A stretch of DNA of 35,353 nucleotides, from positions 64,636,899 through 64,672,251 of the forward strand of contig NC_068982.1 in the NCBI RefSeq assembly GCF_001194135.2, in the 5' to 3' direction. The notes under the pieces are model-generated. The model saw only the letters and a list, made by a program, of their open reading frames with translations. It ran no database searches and was not told the DNA's origin. Position 1 is the first letter of the stretch. Each line of letters starts with the position of its first letter. Made by a program: the position numbers and the translations under genes. Shown here one piece after another: positions 1-11,057 of the stretch. This stretch comes from Octopus bimaculoides (Eukaryota).

Positions 1-482
1 GCAGATATATGTACAGGTATGTGCATACCGACATCCACCTGTATGTATAGGTGCATATCTGGGTACAGGACATTGCAAACAAAACGTAGACGAGAAAACA
101 CACGCCACATAGAGAACATTCTACTTCATCAGCTACCCCCGTTTTAACACCGGCGTTTCGAAGAGCTGGGCAGGACACATCGTTAAAACGGTTCTTCCCA
201 TGGACCGCAAATTAAATTTGTATACACAAATTAAATCTTGCCATGGAGGAATGTAGTGGCGGACAAAAAACAAGACAGGAAAACAAACAGAAAAGGCTTT
301 ACGGCCAGACGAGAAAAATTATGTGTGTATGAACTCTGTGAGGCACGAACTTGAAAGTAGGGACGAAGTAGTTCACGTGTTTACTCGGCAATAGCCAAGG
401 AAGAAAAGGATTATTGACTGGAAGCATGTGACCATGCCGGTGTAAGGGGAAGAGAGAGAGTGGTAGAGGGCGCTTGGGTGCG

Positions 483-1213
483 AAAAAGTGCCACACCCTA
501 GTGGTTGAGGGAACCTGTGGAAGAGGTAGACCCAGGAAGACCTAGGATGAGTTGGTGAAGCACAACCTCCGAACATTAGGCCTCACTGAGGCAATGACTA
601 GTGACTGAGACCTTTGGAAATATGCTGTGCTCGAGAAGATCTGGCAAGCCAAGTGAGACCATAACCCATGGCCTATGCCAGGGGTGTAACCAGCCCATTT
701 ATGCATACCTTTCCTTCATTGGACACTAAACTCTGTTTGCGAAGACCTGTTGAGACAAGTGAAATCAAAATCAAATTTAATGACTGGCATCTGTGCTAGT
801 GGAGTGCTAAGAGCACTATCTGAGTGTTGACTGGCTTCCGTACCGGTGGCACGTAAGAAGCACCATTCAAGCGTGATCTTTACCAGCGTTGCCTTACTGG
901 CACGTGAAAAAATATTTGAGTGAGGTCGTTGCCAGAGCCGTTGGACTAGCTGCTATGCAGGTGGCACATAAAAAACACCGTTTGAGCGTGGCCATTGCCA
1001 GTACCACCTGACTGGCTCTCATGCCAATAGCACGTAAAAGCACCCACTACACTCTCAGAGTGGTTGGTGTTAGAAAGGGCATCCAGCTGTAGAAACTCTG
1101 CCAGATCAGATTGGAGCCTGGTGCAGCCATCTGGTTTGCCAGTCCTCAGTCAAATTGTCCAACTCATGCCATCATGGAAAGCGGACATTAAACGATGATA
1201 ATGATGATGATGA
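483..1213 (+). mobile_element. 3' end of RTE-clade LINE (ORF2 C-terminus, long 3' UTR, (GAT)n tail)
   Basis: 483-656 translates KKCHTLVVEGTCGRGRPRKT*DELVKHNLRTLGLTEAMTSD*DLWKYAVLEKIWQAK*, matching the RTE ORF2 terminal G.R.RGRPRKTW motif, with 2 premature stops. The 3' UTR that follows recurs many times in the window and ends ...ggacattaaacgatgataatgatgatg. Confidence 0.85.
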
Positions 1214-1217
1214 TATA

Positions 1218-1273
<56 letters not shown>

Positions 1274-1298
1274 GTGTGTGTGTGTGTCTGTCTGTCTG
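1214..1298. repeat. Compound microsatellite (TA)n/(TG)n/(TCTG)n at the LINE tail
   Basis: Read directly. Confidence 0.95.
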
Positions 1299-1649
1299 TG
1301 TTGGCTTGCTTCAGCAGTAGTGTTGAACCTTCTGGTGTGAAATCAACTGATGCACTTAGTGTTGAATTGGGGGTTTTTTCCCTTCTTTCCTCCTCTTTTT
1401 TCTTGTTTTTTTCCATTCTCCGCTTTTTTTTTTCTTCAGTTTTTGCTTTGTATTTTAATGTATCATATACATATATGTCATATGTGTAATTATTAAATTC
1501 AAATGCTTATATAATGTTATATTCATGTCATATTGTTTAGAAAGTATTGTTCAGGTTACTAATGAGTGTATCTTTTGACAGAACACAAAACCTCTTTTGT
1601 CTAAAAGAGGAAGTATAGTGAATAGAATATGCATTTGCCTAGGACTACT

Positions 1650-1957
1650 CTTTTACTTGTTTCAGTCATTTGACTGTGGCCATGCTGGAAACCACCTTAA
1701 AGGGACATTATTCAAAGAATTCAACCCCAGGACGTATTCTTTGTAAGCCTAGTACTTATTCTGTCAGTCTGTTTTGCCAAACTGCTAAGTTACAAGGACA
1801 CAAACACAGGCTTCTTTCAGCTTCTGTCTACCAAATCCACTCATACGGTTTTGGTTGGCCCAAGGCTATAATTGCCCAAGGTGTCACACAGTGGGACTAA
1901 ATCTGGAACCATGTGGTTGGGAAGCAAGCTTCTTACCACACAGCTACGTCTGTGCCT
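1650..1957 (-). mobile_element. tRNA-derived SINE (family with ...ggttcagtcccactgcgtggcaccttgggcaagtgtc... core)
   Basis: Reverse complement of the + strand copy at 31573-31727; also matches 21312-21455. Confidence 0.75.
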
Positions 1958-2689
1958 ATACATGTTTTATTCGTGGCAATTAGAGAAAAGTTCAACTGAT
2001 ATTTAGGAGGAAATGTATTTAGAGTTATGTGGTACCAATAAATTAAACATACCATAAAACAATTAACATCTGTGCTAAGAACAACATCTGGCAAAATCAT
2101 TGCAATGACATCCAAAAACATGTCATTATTTATCACATTTTTTTTTTAATGGCTTAATCAGAGGGATATTTTTCAGTACTTCTGAGACTGATGTTGTGCC
2201 TTGTCAAAAGATTAGTGGTTGAATATATTCTTAAGTCCACCATTTCGTCAATTGCAGCAGCTTCCAAACTTCACCACTAATTCAGTTCTCAACTAAATTG
2301 CAAACTGTTAAGCAAACTGTTAACAGTTTTAAAGAGGACACCTCTTCAGCTACACTTTGGTATAAAGAGTTTGAGATTTGGTTCAGAAGAAAAAAAGTTA
2401 CATCAAAATACCTGCGACCTCAAGGGGGCAGTAAGGCACCTATTCATCTTCAATTAACAAAAAGTCTTTTATTTTAAAATAAAAGTAAGCGTTTCTTAGG
2501 CTTAAATAATAGAAAAATGCATGAGGAATTCAGAATCGTTATTCTCATTGAGCAAAAATTAGTAGAAAAAAGTTATGAGGTGAAATGTGATGAAATTTAA
2601 TGTCAGTAAGTGAAGAAGTAAGAAGTGACGCCCCAAGCTATAATGTTAAGATATGGATATATTTCTAAAATGAATGTTAACATTCTAAG

Positions 2690-2790
2690 GAGCAGAGTTG
2701 GCAGAAACATTAGTGTGCTGGGTGAAATTCCTAGTGGTATTCTATCTGTCTTTTAGTTCTGAGTTCAAATTCCACTGAGGTCGACTTTAC
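2690..2790 (+). mobile_element. 5' half of tRNA-derived SINE (gagctggcagaa...gagttcaaattcc...gaggtcgacttt family)
   Basis: Matches the heads of the copies at 9561, 19670 and 29444-30962, including a B-box-like gagttcaaattcc. Confidence 0.7.
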
Positions 2791-3619
2791 TTATTTTATA
2801 TTTTTAATTAAGTATTTAATAAAATTATTTTTAATAGGCTGTTGAATTAGGGTAAGTTTAACTTCTATTATTAATTTTCTTTTCCAGCTTTAATTAACTT
2901 GCTTTCTGCTTTCTTTGCTTTTCCTTTTTAGTTGCTTTCCTTTTCTCTTTATTTAATTATTTAATTAGGCTAGTTCATTAATGTGTTATATGCTTCAGAT
3001 ATATGCATCTAAATTTATTGAGGCAGGAATATAATCATTTTTTTTCTGTGTGTCTATGATCAGACCTGAAGGCATGTAGTAAGGCTGTCTAGAAAAGGCA
3101 TTGGTTAAAAGTGCTTATATTCTAAATTTACTTTTGAAATTTCAAAATTAATTAAAAGGGATTTTTCATAAATCAAATTTATATTAATGGGATATAGGTA
3201 ATTTTAACTTGTATATATCTGATATGCTTTTATAATTAGTGTTGTACTGAATAATTATTGATAGATCTAGATTAGCAGCAGTCAGTGCTATTATCCCCAA
3301 CTCAAAACCTAGGTTATTTAAGGTGAGCCTGGTAACTGATGATTTTGGGGTCTTGTTGTTTGTAATTTTTGGTGAGCCATGGTGCAACCAGCAAGATGGT
3401 AAAATTCCCTGCTATTAATTTGGTGTGGATGGGTAATATCAAATAATTCAATCACAACATATATTTAAATTAAACATGCAAAAAAATTGAAATATTATCA
3501 TCACTTACATGGAAAAATTGGAATATTATCTTTCAGTATATTATAAATTAAAATCTTAAATTATTAATTGACACATTATTAATTATCTGATAACAGCAAT
3601 GCCTGGAAAAATCATGGAT

Positions 3620-4126
3620 TACATGGAAAAATGCAAGCATGAAAAGTAATATTCTTAAAATTATAAACCTGGAAAAGAACAGGATAAGTTATTACACCTG
3701 GAAAAGTATAAGACAAGCTATTACTTCTAGTAAAGTAAAGAATAGAAACTTTTTACTATTGCAGCTAAAATTAAAATTTGAATATTAATTATTTTATTAT
3801 AGTTTACAAATAACACTATACTTATTTAAGTATAATTTGGCTAATTTACTACCTTAAATAAAGAAAAAAGTGACTAATTAGACAAACTTTCAAATTAGCT
3901 GAACAGTTTTGTACAATAAATTTCAAAGATGAGAACTGTAAAGAGTGATAAATTAGAAGAACTGACATTCTTTGCTACAATATTTTAAGTAAAAAGTTTC
4001 TTATTCTTTACTTTACTAGAAGTAATAGCTTGTCCTGTACTTTTCCAGGTGTAATAACTTGTCCTGTACTTTTCCAGGTTTATAATCTTAAGAATATTAC
4101 TTTTCATGCTCGCATTTTTCCATGTA
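3620..4126. mobile_element. Non-autonomous foldback/MITE-like element with ~140-bp inverted arms
   Basis: 3620-3757 (tacatggaaaaatgcaagcatgaaaagtaatattc...agaaactttttact) is the near-perfect reverse complement of 3988-4126. Each arm holds two cctggaaaagtacaggacaag-like subrepeats. The outermost bases are TA. Confidence 0.75.
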
Positions 4127-4367
4127 GTATAATAGTTCTTTAATAGTGTAACATGAACGTAATAACATGAAAATAGGGAAAATACAAACTGAAATTCCAA
4201 TACAATGTCTTGATAACTGGTTGTAATTTATTGTCTTGATACCTGGTTGTAGCTTGCAACAGGCTGCACTTCACTTAAATTATCTTAAAGCTGTCTTCTT
4301 CTTTAATATATCGTTGTGTTCAGAATTAATTTACCTGTTATGATCATTAGGAGCTTGCAGGGAAATA

Positions 4368-4461
4368 TGTGTGTGCATGCATGCATGTGTGTGTATGTGT
4401 GTGTGCGTGCATGCATGTGTGTGTGTGTGTGTGTGTGCATGCATGAGTGTGTGTGTGTGTG
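4368..4461. repeat. (TG)n microsatellite interrupted by tgcatgca
   Basis: Read directly. Confidence 0.9.
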
Positions 4462-5305
4462 CGTTTCTTTCACTTCTTGTCACTGGCATTTATCAGTAAC
4501 CCAAAAAGAAAAACGAAAATAACAATAATGCCCTCAATATATTTATAGTCAAAAATATCTACATATCTGGGTGTTAATGTTGAATCTTGATGAAAAGTAA
4601 TATTTTCTCTTAAGACAGCTAATGATAGTACTTCATCTGTAATTAACATCAAAGACACTAACGGTATCCATGACAGAATTGTCATCACCAAACACCTTTA
4701 ATCATGAATCTGATCAATCAGAGTTGAACTGGAACTCTTCAGATTGAGCATCAGCTACATCATTCTCACCAGTCTAGGAAGGTTTGTACCAAGACAAAGA
4801 CATGTCTTCTTCACTTAACAAACTTTGAAAAATCATTGTTTTAACTCTTTTAGTACACTAACCTACCTAAGACCACATACAGTAAGGTGTTCATTCTTGA
4901 ATTAAAACTGCTCGATAATGTGAGATTCCAGTTGGTTGACACCAACATAATACACAAATATATTATGTTCCAGTGAAGGAGCCCCTCCACTGTTACTCAA
5001 CTGCTAGAAATATCAGATAAACTCACTCAAATCATACCCTACCACATTAGATAGGACACAGATAGTATGGTTCCAGATACACAAATTCTAAATCAATATA
5101 TATATATTTGTTCATCATGCATTTTGATTTGTGCCATATAGTACAATCTTTCCAATGGATCATAAATTGACTCTTAAAGGATCTACCTCTCATCTACATA
5201 TATATATTGATGTTACTTATAAGTGATACACCTGAACAAAATCAACATTTCTATTGTTTATTTACACAATAAATTATGGTATTACCATCAATAGGTCTAT
5301 GTAAA

Positions 5306-5615
5306 GGCACATGACTCAGTGGTTAGAGTATCAGGCTTACAATCATGAGGTAGTGAGTTTGATTCCCAGACCAGGCTGTGTGTTGTGTTCTTGAGCAAGA
5401 CACTTTATTTTCATATTGCTCCAGTTCACTCAGCTGTAGAAATGAGTTGCAACATCACTAGTGCCAAGTTGCATTGGCCTTTGCCTTTCCCATGGATAAC
5501 ATCGGTGGTGTAGAGAGGTGACAGCTGGTCTTCCATAAACAACCTTGCCCAGACTTGTGACTCAGAGAGTAACTTTCTAGGTGCAATTCCATGATCATTC
5601 ATGCCTGAGGGGGGT
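5306..5615 (+). mobile_element. tRNA-headed SINE with gtgttcttgagcaagacacttta core
   Basis: tRNA-like head with A box (tgactcagtggttaga) and B box (gagtttgattcc); full-length homologues at 16167-16485 (+) and 34215-34493 (-). Confidence 0.85.
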
Positions 5616-6199
5616 TTTCACCCTTTTACCATCAATACAGTCATTTGGTGAAGAGAACCTGGATTTTCTGGATATAATCTTACAGCTCAAGGCATTTCTC
5701 CATTGGAAAAGATGTTGTTATAGTAAAAGATTTTCCATGCCACACCAATGCCTGGCAACTGTGATGATTTGAGGTGAGAATTTGATTGCAATTATCTTCT
5801 ACATAGAGCAGCAACACTCACTCCACCTATATATAATAAATATATCCTCAGTACCCACACCTGGGTGATACATGTGGGATCATGCTCTGCTACATTAAGA
5901 AATGAATATATTATCTGACATATTTCTTATTAAAACTGTTTTAAAACTGAATTGAGGAAGATTATTGGCATTAAACTGAATGGAATTCAAGTTCTGACAC
6001 CCAAATGAGTGTTACATACTTTACAGTGAAATGATGCAGTCAGCAAATATCTGTTGTTGAGAAGCCTAACAAAGCATGTTTCATAGTTAAAATAGTTTAT
6101 TTCACCTTTCAAGTTCCATGGCTGTATATCATGTAATTGAAAAATGAATATGTCACATAAATTATAAACTTTTGAACTATTATTAAGGCCACTGTCTCA

Positions 6200-6265
6200 T
6201 CTACATGCTAATGACATAGTAGGTAAAGACATATTACTTTTCAAATTGACACAGGAGCTACATGT
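6200..6265 (+). pseudogene. Possible relic of an LTR-retrotransposon (Ty3/gypsy-like) aspartic protease
   Basis: 6233-6265 reads ITFQIDTGATC (retropepsin DTGA motif), preceded across a frameshift by HANDIVGK. Short and isolated. Confidence 0.35.
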
Positions 6266-6615
6266 ATCTCCAGGAATGAGATGTAATGTTGATCAGAGAT
6301 CAATTTGATGTAAATATGATGATGCTCTAATATTGAAAAATTTTGAAATCCAACAATATTGCTATCTAATGTATGCACAAGTGCATATTTTTGTGAAATG
6401 GATTTAGTCAATTATATTGACACCAATATTTGGATGGTAGTTTATTTTATCATCCCATGATGAATGAAGGTTACCATGACAGGTTTTTATCCCAGAAATC
6501 ATAAAATATAACAATGATGTCATTGAATTGTATACCTATTTTAATCGTTAGACAAAACAAAAATAAAAATTAAAACTTAAACATAATAAAATAGGCCAGT
6601 TTATGCTAATAATAT

Positions 6616-6995
6616 CATCATCATCACCATCATTTAAAATCCATTTTCTATGTTGGCATGGGTTGAATGGTTTGAAAGGAGCTAACCAGCTGAAGGACTG
6701 TTGAGGCTTCCTGTCTGTTTTGGCATGGTTTTGTAGTAGCGCCTAATACCAGTCGCCATTTTGGAGAGTTTATCTACGCATGTGCAGGGACTAGTCTTCC
6801 GAGAGGAATGCAGGAAGTCCCTCATGTGGATGTGTGGTCATCCAATATCCAAGCATTCCCCAGGATGGTGTATGTCCACTTTCCCTACAGTTTCTACAGC
6901 TGGATGCCTTTCCTAACACCAACCACTTTACAGAGTGTACTGGGTGCTTTTATGCAGCACTGCCATTGGTGCTTTTTATGTGACACCAACACCTA
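6616..6995 (-). mobile_element. Degenerate RTE-LINE 3'-tail repeat
   Basis: catcatcatcaccatcatttaaaatccattttctatgttggcatggg ... tttctacagctggatgcctttcctaacaccaaccac, reverse complement of the tail at ~1040-1213, with an internal insertion. Confidence 0.7.
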
Positions 6996-7109
6996 CAAGC
7001 CTACAAGATTAGGAATACTCAGCTGGAGAGGGTTGCAGGGGATGAGCCAATATATTTTTATGAATATAGCAATATATTCATATGAAAATAGTTTTTAATT
7101 TAAACATAG

Positions 7110-7450
7110 GGCCACCAATTTTGTGTGGATTGGGTTTAGTTGATTACATCAACCTCAATACTTGACTGATGCTTTGAAAGGCAAAATTGACCTTGGTAGG
7201 ATTCAAACTCAGAATGTAGAGAACCAGAAAAAATGCTGTTATTTTGCCCCCAACACTCAAACAATTCTACCAGTACACTCACTGTAATAATTTCTGACTT
7301 ATGCCCAATACCAGTAATTTGGTGTTGAGTTATAATCAATATTATTGACACCACACCCTCACATCCAGTACTTTATTTTATTGACTCTTGAAAGATTAAA
7401 AACAAAATTAGCATCAGGAGTATTTGAACTCAAAATGTGAAAATGCTAAA
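7110..7450 (-). mobile_element. Two decayed SINE remnants (gagctggcagaa family)
   Basis: ggcaaaattgaccttggtaggattcaaactcagaatg and agtatttgaactcaaaatg are reverse complements of the SINE B-box region. Confidence 0.55.
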
Positions 7451-7607
7451 AGAAACACCAGTCTTTATTGTCATTTTATTAATTTTGTCAATCTGCTACC
7501 ATTAATATTTATTTCTAAAATAAACCCAGACCCAGAAAATGGGGAGGGTAGTAAGTCAGTTATATTGAGCAATAGTTGACTGTACTTTATTTTGTTGATC
7601 AAGGGGG

Positions 7608-10092
7608 GATGAATATTACAATTGTGCCTTCTTTTGCTTCAATAGGAGTTAACATTGCTGTACCAAAAGGATGTGGTCCCTACTGTTTCAAAATTCAAGG
7701 ACAAACGTACCACACTATATCAACTCTACATGCTACCGATGAACAGCCTCAATATGGTCATTTATATATTATTGATCCACATGAAGCATTGCAGCATAGC
7801 ATGGAAGCTCTTAAGAATGCACAGCTGCTGTCTTCATTGGTTGAAAACGGAGCTCCTCCTCATGAGAGAAATATAGTTGTATATCCCAGAGAGGCATCTC
7901 CTACAAGAATTTCCAATGTCCTATCCACTGCACTTTCCACATAGTGAGTTCAACTGGCATAGAAATAGCTATCATACTGAAGAATGCAGAGTATGCATTT
8001 GAAAAAAAGAGACTATGCAGCAATTCTATAGCTCTCATCTTGCCATTCAAAGAGGGTTCAACATCATTCACAGAGCAAGCAAACTTTACCAGCAGTATTT
8101 GATAGACTCTTATGTAAAAGTGGAAGGCTTTCATTTGCACTTTATCAAAAATAAACAGTCACAACTCCATGTTGAGAAGTACAATGAATTAATGAATCAC
8201 CTCATCAGAGACACAAACAAAGACTCGGAGCCTGGAATGCCTGTGATACTGCCATCTTCCTTCACTAGAAGCCCACACAATATGCATCAGTATTTTAAGG
8301 CTCCATGACAATTGTAACTTGATTTGGTAAACCTGATCTGTTCCTGACTTACACATACAACCCAAAGTGTGCAGAAATTGTAAATAACTTACAACTCAAT
8401 GAAACTATTGAAAATCACCCTGATTTAGTTGCAAGAGTATACAAGACTCATCTCTGAGAACTTCTGACTGATATCAGGAAAGGATATGTTCTTAGCATTG
8501 CAGTAATTCATGTACATGTCATAGAATTTCAAAAACAGACTGATTAGTGTCTTCAGAGACATCAGATGAGAATGGAAACTGAACTCTCATCTTTCCCTAA
8601 GTTTCCAAAACATTCCAGCAAGAAACAAAATCTAACATACATGGTTATCTAGGATATTATAGGTGCAACAATGGAATAACTGCTCAAATTGGACACCATT
8701 CAGTGAATAATTGCAATGTTATGCCATTTAATGCTTATCATCTCAAGAAGTACTGTGCCCACATCAACTTAGAAATTTGCAACTCTGTTAAGAGTATCAA
8801 ATATGTCTTTCAATATTGTTATAAAGGACAGGACTACATGTCCATTGAAATAACAATGGTCAACAAAATAATGCACCTGAACATGAAATAAAAACCTACC
8901 TTTCATGCCACTGTGTCACCTCTAGAAGCTAAGTGGTAACTGTCACAGTATAAATTGCATGATTAGTCTCATATTGTTTACAGGTTTCTCAGGCATCTTC
9001 CTAACCAGCAAAGGGTGTATTTCCATTGTGGAACAACAAGTAGTTAAAGCTCAACATGATCAAGACACTCGTGTCACTGTATGGTTTAAGTTTAAGGACA
9101 TGGATGAAAGTGCTCGAAATTACCTCTACTATAAAACACCTTGGCACTATGTCTTCAATGAGGGAAATGGAAATCAATCAATCAGAAAAAACCCACATAC
9201 CATCAGCTGCATGTATTCAGTGAGCCCCAATGATGTTGAGAAATTCTGCCTATGTATGTTACTGCTTCATGTTAAAAGTGCAAAAAAAATTTGAAGATTT
9301 AAGGACCACAGAAGTAATCCTGCCAACATTCAAAGATGTATGCATTCATCTCAGGCTTCTTGAGAGCCATTTTCATCCACTCTCTGGGAACCAAAAACCT
9401 TAACCAGTCACAAGTTGATTCCTTACAAATGACCAGAGAGTCACAGCTAATGTATTTGGTTCTGTCAGTAAGAGAAAAAATGAGGAAAATGTTGACTGCA
9501 GCTTCTTCTGTGTTGATGCCCCAGAAGATTGTGGTTCAATATTATTACATCCTACAGTAGAGCAGTGAGCTGGCAGAATTGTTAGCATGTCTGGCGAAAT
9601 GCTTAGCAGTATTTTGCCCAATCACTATGTTCTAAGTTCAAATTCCATTGTGGTTGACTTTACCTTTCATTCTTTTGGAGTCGATAAATTAAGTACCAGT
9701 GAAAACACTGGGGTTGGTGTAATCGACTAGTCCCTTCCCACCAAATTTGAAGCCTTGTGCCTCCAGTAGAAAGGATTATTACTTCCTACTGCAGCATGAA
9801 CAGGTATCACAGCAACATTAGTTTGGAGGCAAAACAGTGCAGTCTATTCAAACTACCTGAGCCACTGACTGATACAGTTGTGTACAACATACCTTCTACA
9901 TATCAGAAAGCAGCTTTTTTGAGAGAATAGAATTTGATCATCATAGATTAAGCTTCTATGATACCTATGTTTGCATGCTATAGACAGATGCTCGGAAGAT
10001 ATCAGTAGCTCAAGCGCTATTTTTCGAAGCAAGATCGTTCTTCTGGGAGGAGATTTCAAACAGGTGCTGCCTATTTTCCCAAGAGCTACACA
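7608..10092 (+). mobile_element. Decayed Helitron Rep/helicase gene (Helitron-like N domain, HUH Rep motifs, PIF1 helicase)
   Basis: Colinear fragments: SFASIGVNIAVPKGCGPYCFKIQGQTYH...LYIIDP; LYQQYLIDSYVKVE...VILPSSFTRSPHNMHQ; HVIEFQK (the following GLPH.H motif is deleted); PFNAYHLKKYCAHINLEIC.SVKSIKYVFQYCYKG; MYSVSPNDVEKFCLCMLLLHVK; degenerate Walker A VDAPEDCG; TGI.ATL..GGKTVQSLFKLP; Walker B IID*ASMI; LLGGDFKQVLP. Many stops, frameshifts and deletions. Confidence 0.92.
9561..9780 (+). mobile_element. Full-length SINE nested in the Helitron helicase region
   Basis: gcagtgagctggcagaattgttagc...gttcaaattcc...aaatttgaagccttgtgcctccagtagaaaggattatt, inserted between the Walker A relic and the TGIAAT-like motif. 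Confidence 0.85.
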
Positions 10093-10262
10093 GACAACAG
10101 CTTACACGCTCACATCAATGGCCATATTTCATCAGTTCGTGTTTTGTATTTCTGTTTATATATGTATGTCGCAATTTTTATAGTTCCGTTTGTAATATAG
10201 AATGTCTGTATCTAATTCAGTAAGCTCGTGTATTTTCCTGTATTTATTTACATTGTAAATAT

Positions 10263-10338
10263 ATAATAAAGATTGTGAATGATAAACATTTAATCAATAC
10301 ATAATAAAGACTGTAAACAATAAACATTTTATCAATAT
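10263..10338. repeat. 38-bp tandem dimer
   Basis: ataataaagattgtgaatgataaacatttaatcaatac followed by ataataaagactgtaaacaataaacattttatcaatat. Confidence 0.8.
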
Positions 10339-10541
10339 ACATGAATAAGTTTTATCTTTAATTCAACTTTCATTTCCTTAACTTATAAAGCACATCATAT
10401 CCGTAAAACGTATTACAAGGTGGTAAATAAGCAACACCTTCGAAATTCATTTCAATTAGATTTAGAAACAATTTTGTATACGTGGCAGGATTTCAAAAGA
10501 ATTTTTTGAAACTTCTTGCTTGTGTTTAAGATACTGTTTCA

Positions 10542-10735
10542 AATTTTGACACAAGGGTAGCAATTTCGGGGGAGGGAGAAAGTCAATGGAGCCCAGTGTT
10601 CAACTGGTGCTTATTCTATCGACTCCGCAAGGGTGGAAGTTAACGACGGTAAAATTTGAACTCAGAACGTCAAAGCGGACGACATGCCACCAAGCATTTC
10701 ATCCGGCATGTTAATGAATCTGACAGCTCGCCGCT
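10542..10735 (-). mobile_element. Old SINE copy in the survivin upstream region
   Basis: aaattttgacacaagg...aaaatttgaactcagaacg...ctgacagctcgcc is the reverse complement of the gagctggcagaa SINE. Confidence 0.65.
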
Positions 10736-10840
10736 TTGCTGATAACGTTTTCAGATATGCGAACTATACTGTGGAAACCTCACAAGTCCCGATAGTAAAT
10801 CACTCAATTCACAATGATAATCGGAGTTATCTACCTTGAC

Positions 10841-10870
10841 AATCACGTGACGTATAGAGGGAGATTTAAA
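10841..10870 (+). promoter_or_regulatory. Putative survivin proximal promoter motifs: E-box CACGTG (10844-10849) overlapping a TGACGT CRE-like half site, and CHR-like TTTAAA (10865-10870)
   Basis: Motifs lie 60-90 nt upstream of the ATG in a CpG-retaining zone; TSS unknown. Confidence 0.35.
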
Positions 10871-10931
10871 TTCCTTCTGTGTGAGTCTTTAACCGTCTTA
10901 GAATTTGCGAAAGTTAGTAGACTTACCAATA

Positions 10932-11057
10932 ATGGGAATGTCTAAAGAAAAGCCTGATGATGCTGGAAATGACTATTTCATGCATTTAGAAAGTAAACGG
11001 CTGGAATCATTTAAAACGTGGCCTTTTCAAGATGATTGTTTATGTACGCCTGAGAGA
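10932..11057 (+). CDS. BIRC5: Survivin (BIRC5) exon 1
   Basis: MGMSKEKPDDAGNDYFMHLESKRLESFKTWPFQDDCLCTPER followed by gtaagt. The R..SF..WPF...C.CTPER BIR start; phase-0 intron after TPER as in human BIRC5. First ATG is in strong context (ataATGg). Confidence 0.95.

Noticed and set aside
120-195. Hammerhead-like half motifs on the minus strand (CGAAAC...GTT and CTGATGA) with a 10-bp inverted repeat (139-148 / 182-191)
   Set aside because: The motifs are in an order, and with stems, that do not assemble into a type I, II or III hammerhead. Probably part of an unclassified repeat, possibly Penelope-related.
1150-1489. ORFs with YIYIYI/CVCV runs (also 4316-4522)
   Set aside because: Translations of microsatellites.
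5306-5375. tRNA-like sequences (also 16167-16235, 29325-29393, 31573-31640)
   Set aside because: These are SINE heads continuing into SINE bodies, without intact acceptor stems; not tRNA genes.
10953-10985. CTGATGA-tgctg-GAAA inside survivin exon 1
   Set aside because: No viable stem II or stem I; explained by the codons for PDDAGN.
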